This document shows positions 62,851 through 64,000 of a DNA stretch of 64,000 nucleotides, one piece after another. The notes beneath the pieces were generated by a model. That model did no database searches, was not told where the DNA came from, and was given only the letters and a program-made list of their open reading frames with translations. How positions within the stretch are numbered: position 1 is the first letter of the stretch; every line of letters begins with the position of its first letter. The DNA lies in the NCBI GenBank assembly GCA_002633005.1, contig NMRA01000172.1, positions 207,866 through 271,865 of the forward strand. The letters run 5' to 3'. The translations under genes were made by a program, and so were the position numbers. The DNA comes from Phoronis australis. Taxonomy: Eukaryota; Animalia; Phoronida.

Positions 62851-64000
62851 ATGTGGGGTCTGCCGCCGTCACTGCTGCTGTTGCTGAGTGGCTGTGCACT
62901 GCTATCCTTATCATGTGGACAACTTGAAGAAAGACTTGAACCAGCACCGTAAGTTGAAAGATGTCACACACTCTCTGGTGGTTGGTCTTGATCTACTTGA
63001 AGAGAATGTCTTCTTGTACTTGTCTGTTAATAACATCCATTCTATAATTTTTAAAATTACAGTTGCAGTAATGGTATTACGCATGTTGCTATTTAAGAAT
63101 CATCTAAAAATTAAGGCTGTCTTCTCATAAAAAAAAATAATTGCAGGCGTTCTGATACACGTTGTATCAGATGTGCGCAGGCCTCGCATGTGGGCCCATT
63201 GCACTGATCACCTGGAAATATTTTTCTGCTTTATTGATATATGGTTAAAACCGAGCTGAGGAGCTAGAAACCTGGCTCAAGGGTTTAGCAGTGTGACCTG
63301 GTGGGACTTGAACCCACGACCTTGAGTAAAGAAAGCGGGCACTTATCAACCAGGCCACACTGCCTCCTCTTGTCTTCTCATAGAACTATGTGCACATTTT
63401 AGTTTGATTCATCTTAAGTTGGACGTGGAGAATTGTGGTTAACCTTTAAATCAAATGATACTTGGCTTTGTTGAATGGTAACACTTGCAAAAATTGACAT
63501 TTGACCCTTGTAGTGTTGTCATTGTGGGTTACTAAAGTTTGAAATTTAATGTCACATGACTGGTGATGTAATCGAGTTTTCTTGTGTAGCATCAAGAAAT
63601 CGTAACAAAAATTGTTCAGGGAAATGTTGTGCTAAAACACCTGTGAAAGACAACTCATTTTGATTGTTTTTGAGTAAATCAAAAACATTTGGTTCAAGTA
63701 TGCTTTTCCGTTGTGAATGGGTCAGGTGATACCATTCTGTATGGTCACATGATGCCATAGATATCATATGTATACAGTCATGAAGCAGAATTATCTTATT
63801 GATGAAGCTAAAGTGATTTACCGGGACTCCAACTGTGGTTACCATTTATTTTCCAGAACCTATTTATTGGCTGCCCCACGAAAGGTGCGGCCCAACCAGA
63901 TAGTAACTATGAGTGCTACACTGCTGAGACTTGAGTACGAAAAGATCAACTTCCGTGTACTAATCAAGCGAGACGACACTGAGATCTGTAGTGTGAGCAG
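62851..64000 (+). CDS. 5' end of a secreted thioester-containing protein family gene (alpha-2-macroglobulin/CD109/Mcr-like), truncated by window edge
   Basis: Exon 62845-62948 (ATG 62851) encodes signal-peptide-like MWGLPPSLLLLLSGCALLSLSCG-QLEERLEPAP with GTAAGT donor; phase-2 join to exon 63857->end gives PTYLLAAPRKVRPNQIVTMSATLLRLEYEKINFRVLIKRDDTEICSVS, resembling the MG1 domain start (TY..A.R.VRP) of CD109/Mcr. Not in the ORF track. Confidence 0.75.
63130..63370 (-). mobile_element. tRNA-derived SINE, full length
   Basis: Minus strand starts AGAGGAGGCAGTGTGGCCTGGTTG (A box) ... GGTTCAAGTCC (B box); T-rich tail; 12-bp TSD TGTCTTCTCATA at 63118-63129 and 63371-63382. Confidence 0.8.

Overview
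Intron-rich animal (invertebrate-type) genomic DNA, not prokaryotic; nearly all short ORFs in the track are noise or single exons. Gene models were built by hand from splice signals and phase. The genes are: (1) a complete 12-coding-exon GTP-dependent phosphoenolpyruvate carboxykinase (+, 12515-23708, 667 aa, one GC-AG intron); (2) two intact, tandemly duplicated 10-exon D-amino-acid/D-aspartate oxidase-family genes (-, 24809-30992 and 44929-51430, both ending in peroxisomal SKL) inside a ~15-16 kb segmental duplication; (3) the first two coding exons of a secreted alpha-2-macroglobulin/CD109/Mcr-type thioester-protein-family gene (+, 62851 to window end). Mobile DNA includes an internally deleted Kolobok-type transposon (~158-bp TIRs, TTAA/TTCA flanks) with convergent THAP-transposase and P2X7-ballast-like ORFs, a decayed XPG-nuclease (Academ-type) transposon at the duplication breakpoint, a Penelope-like relic with a candidate hammerhead ribozyme, nested LINE relics, an RTE tail, a tRNA-derived SINE, Helentron/DINE-like elements, MITEs and tandem repeats. 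A 2.7-kb tandem duplication joined by a single N is probably an assembly artefact. Family assignments rest on motif recognition, not database searches.
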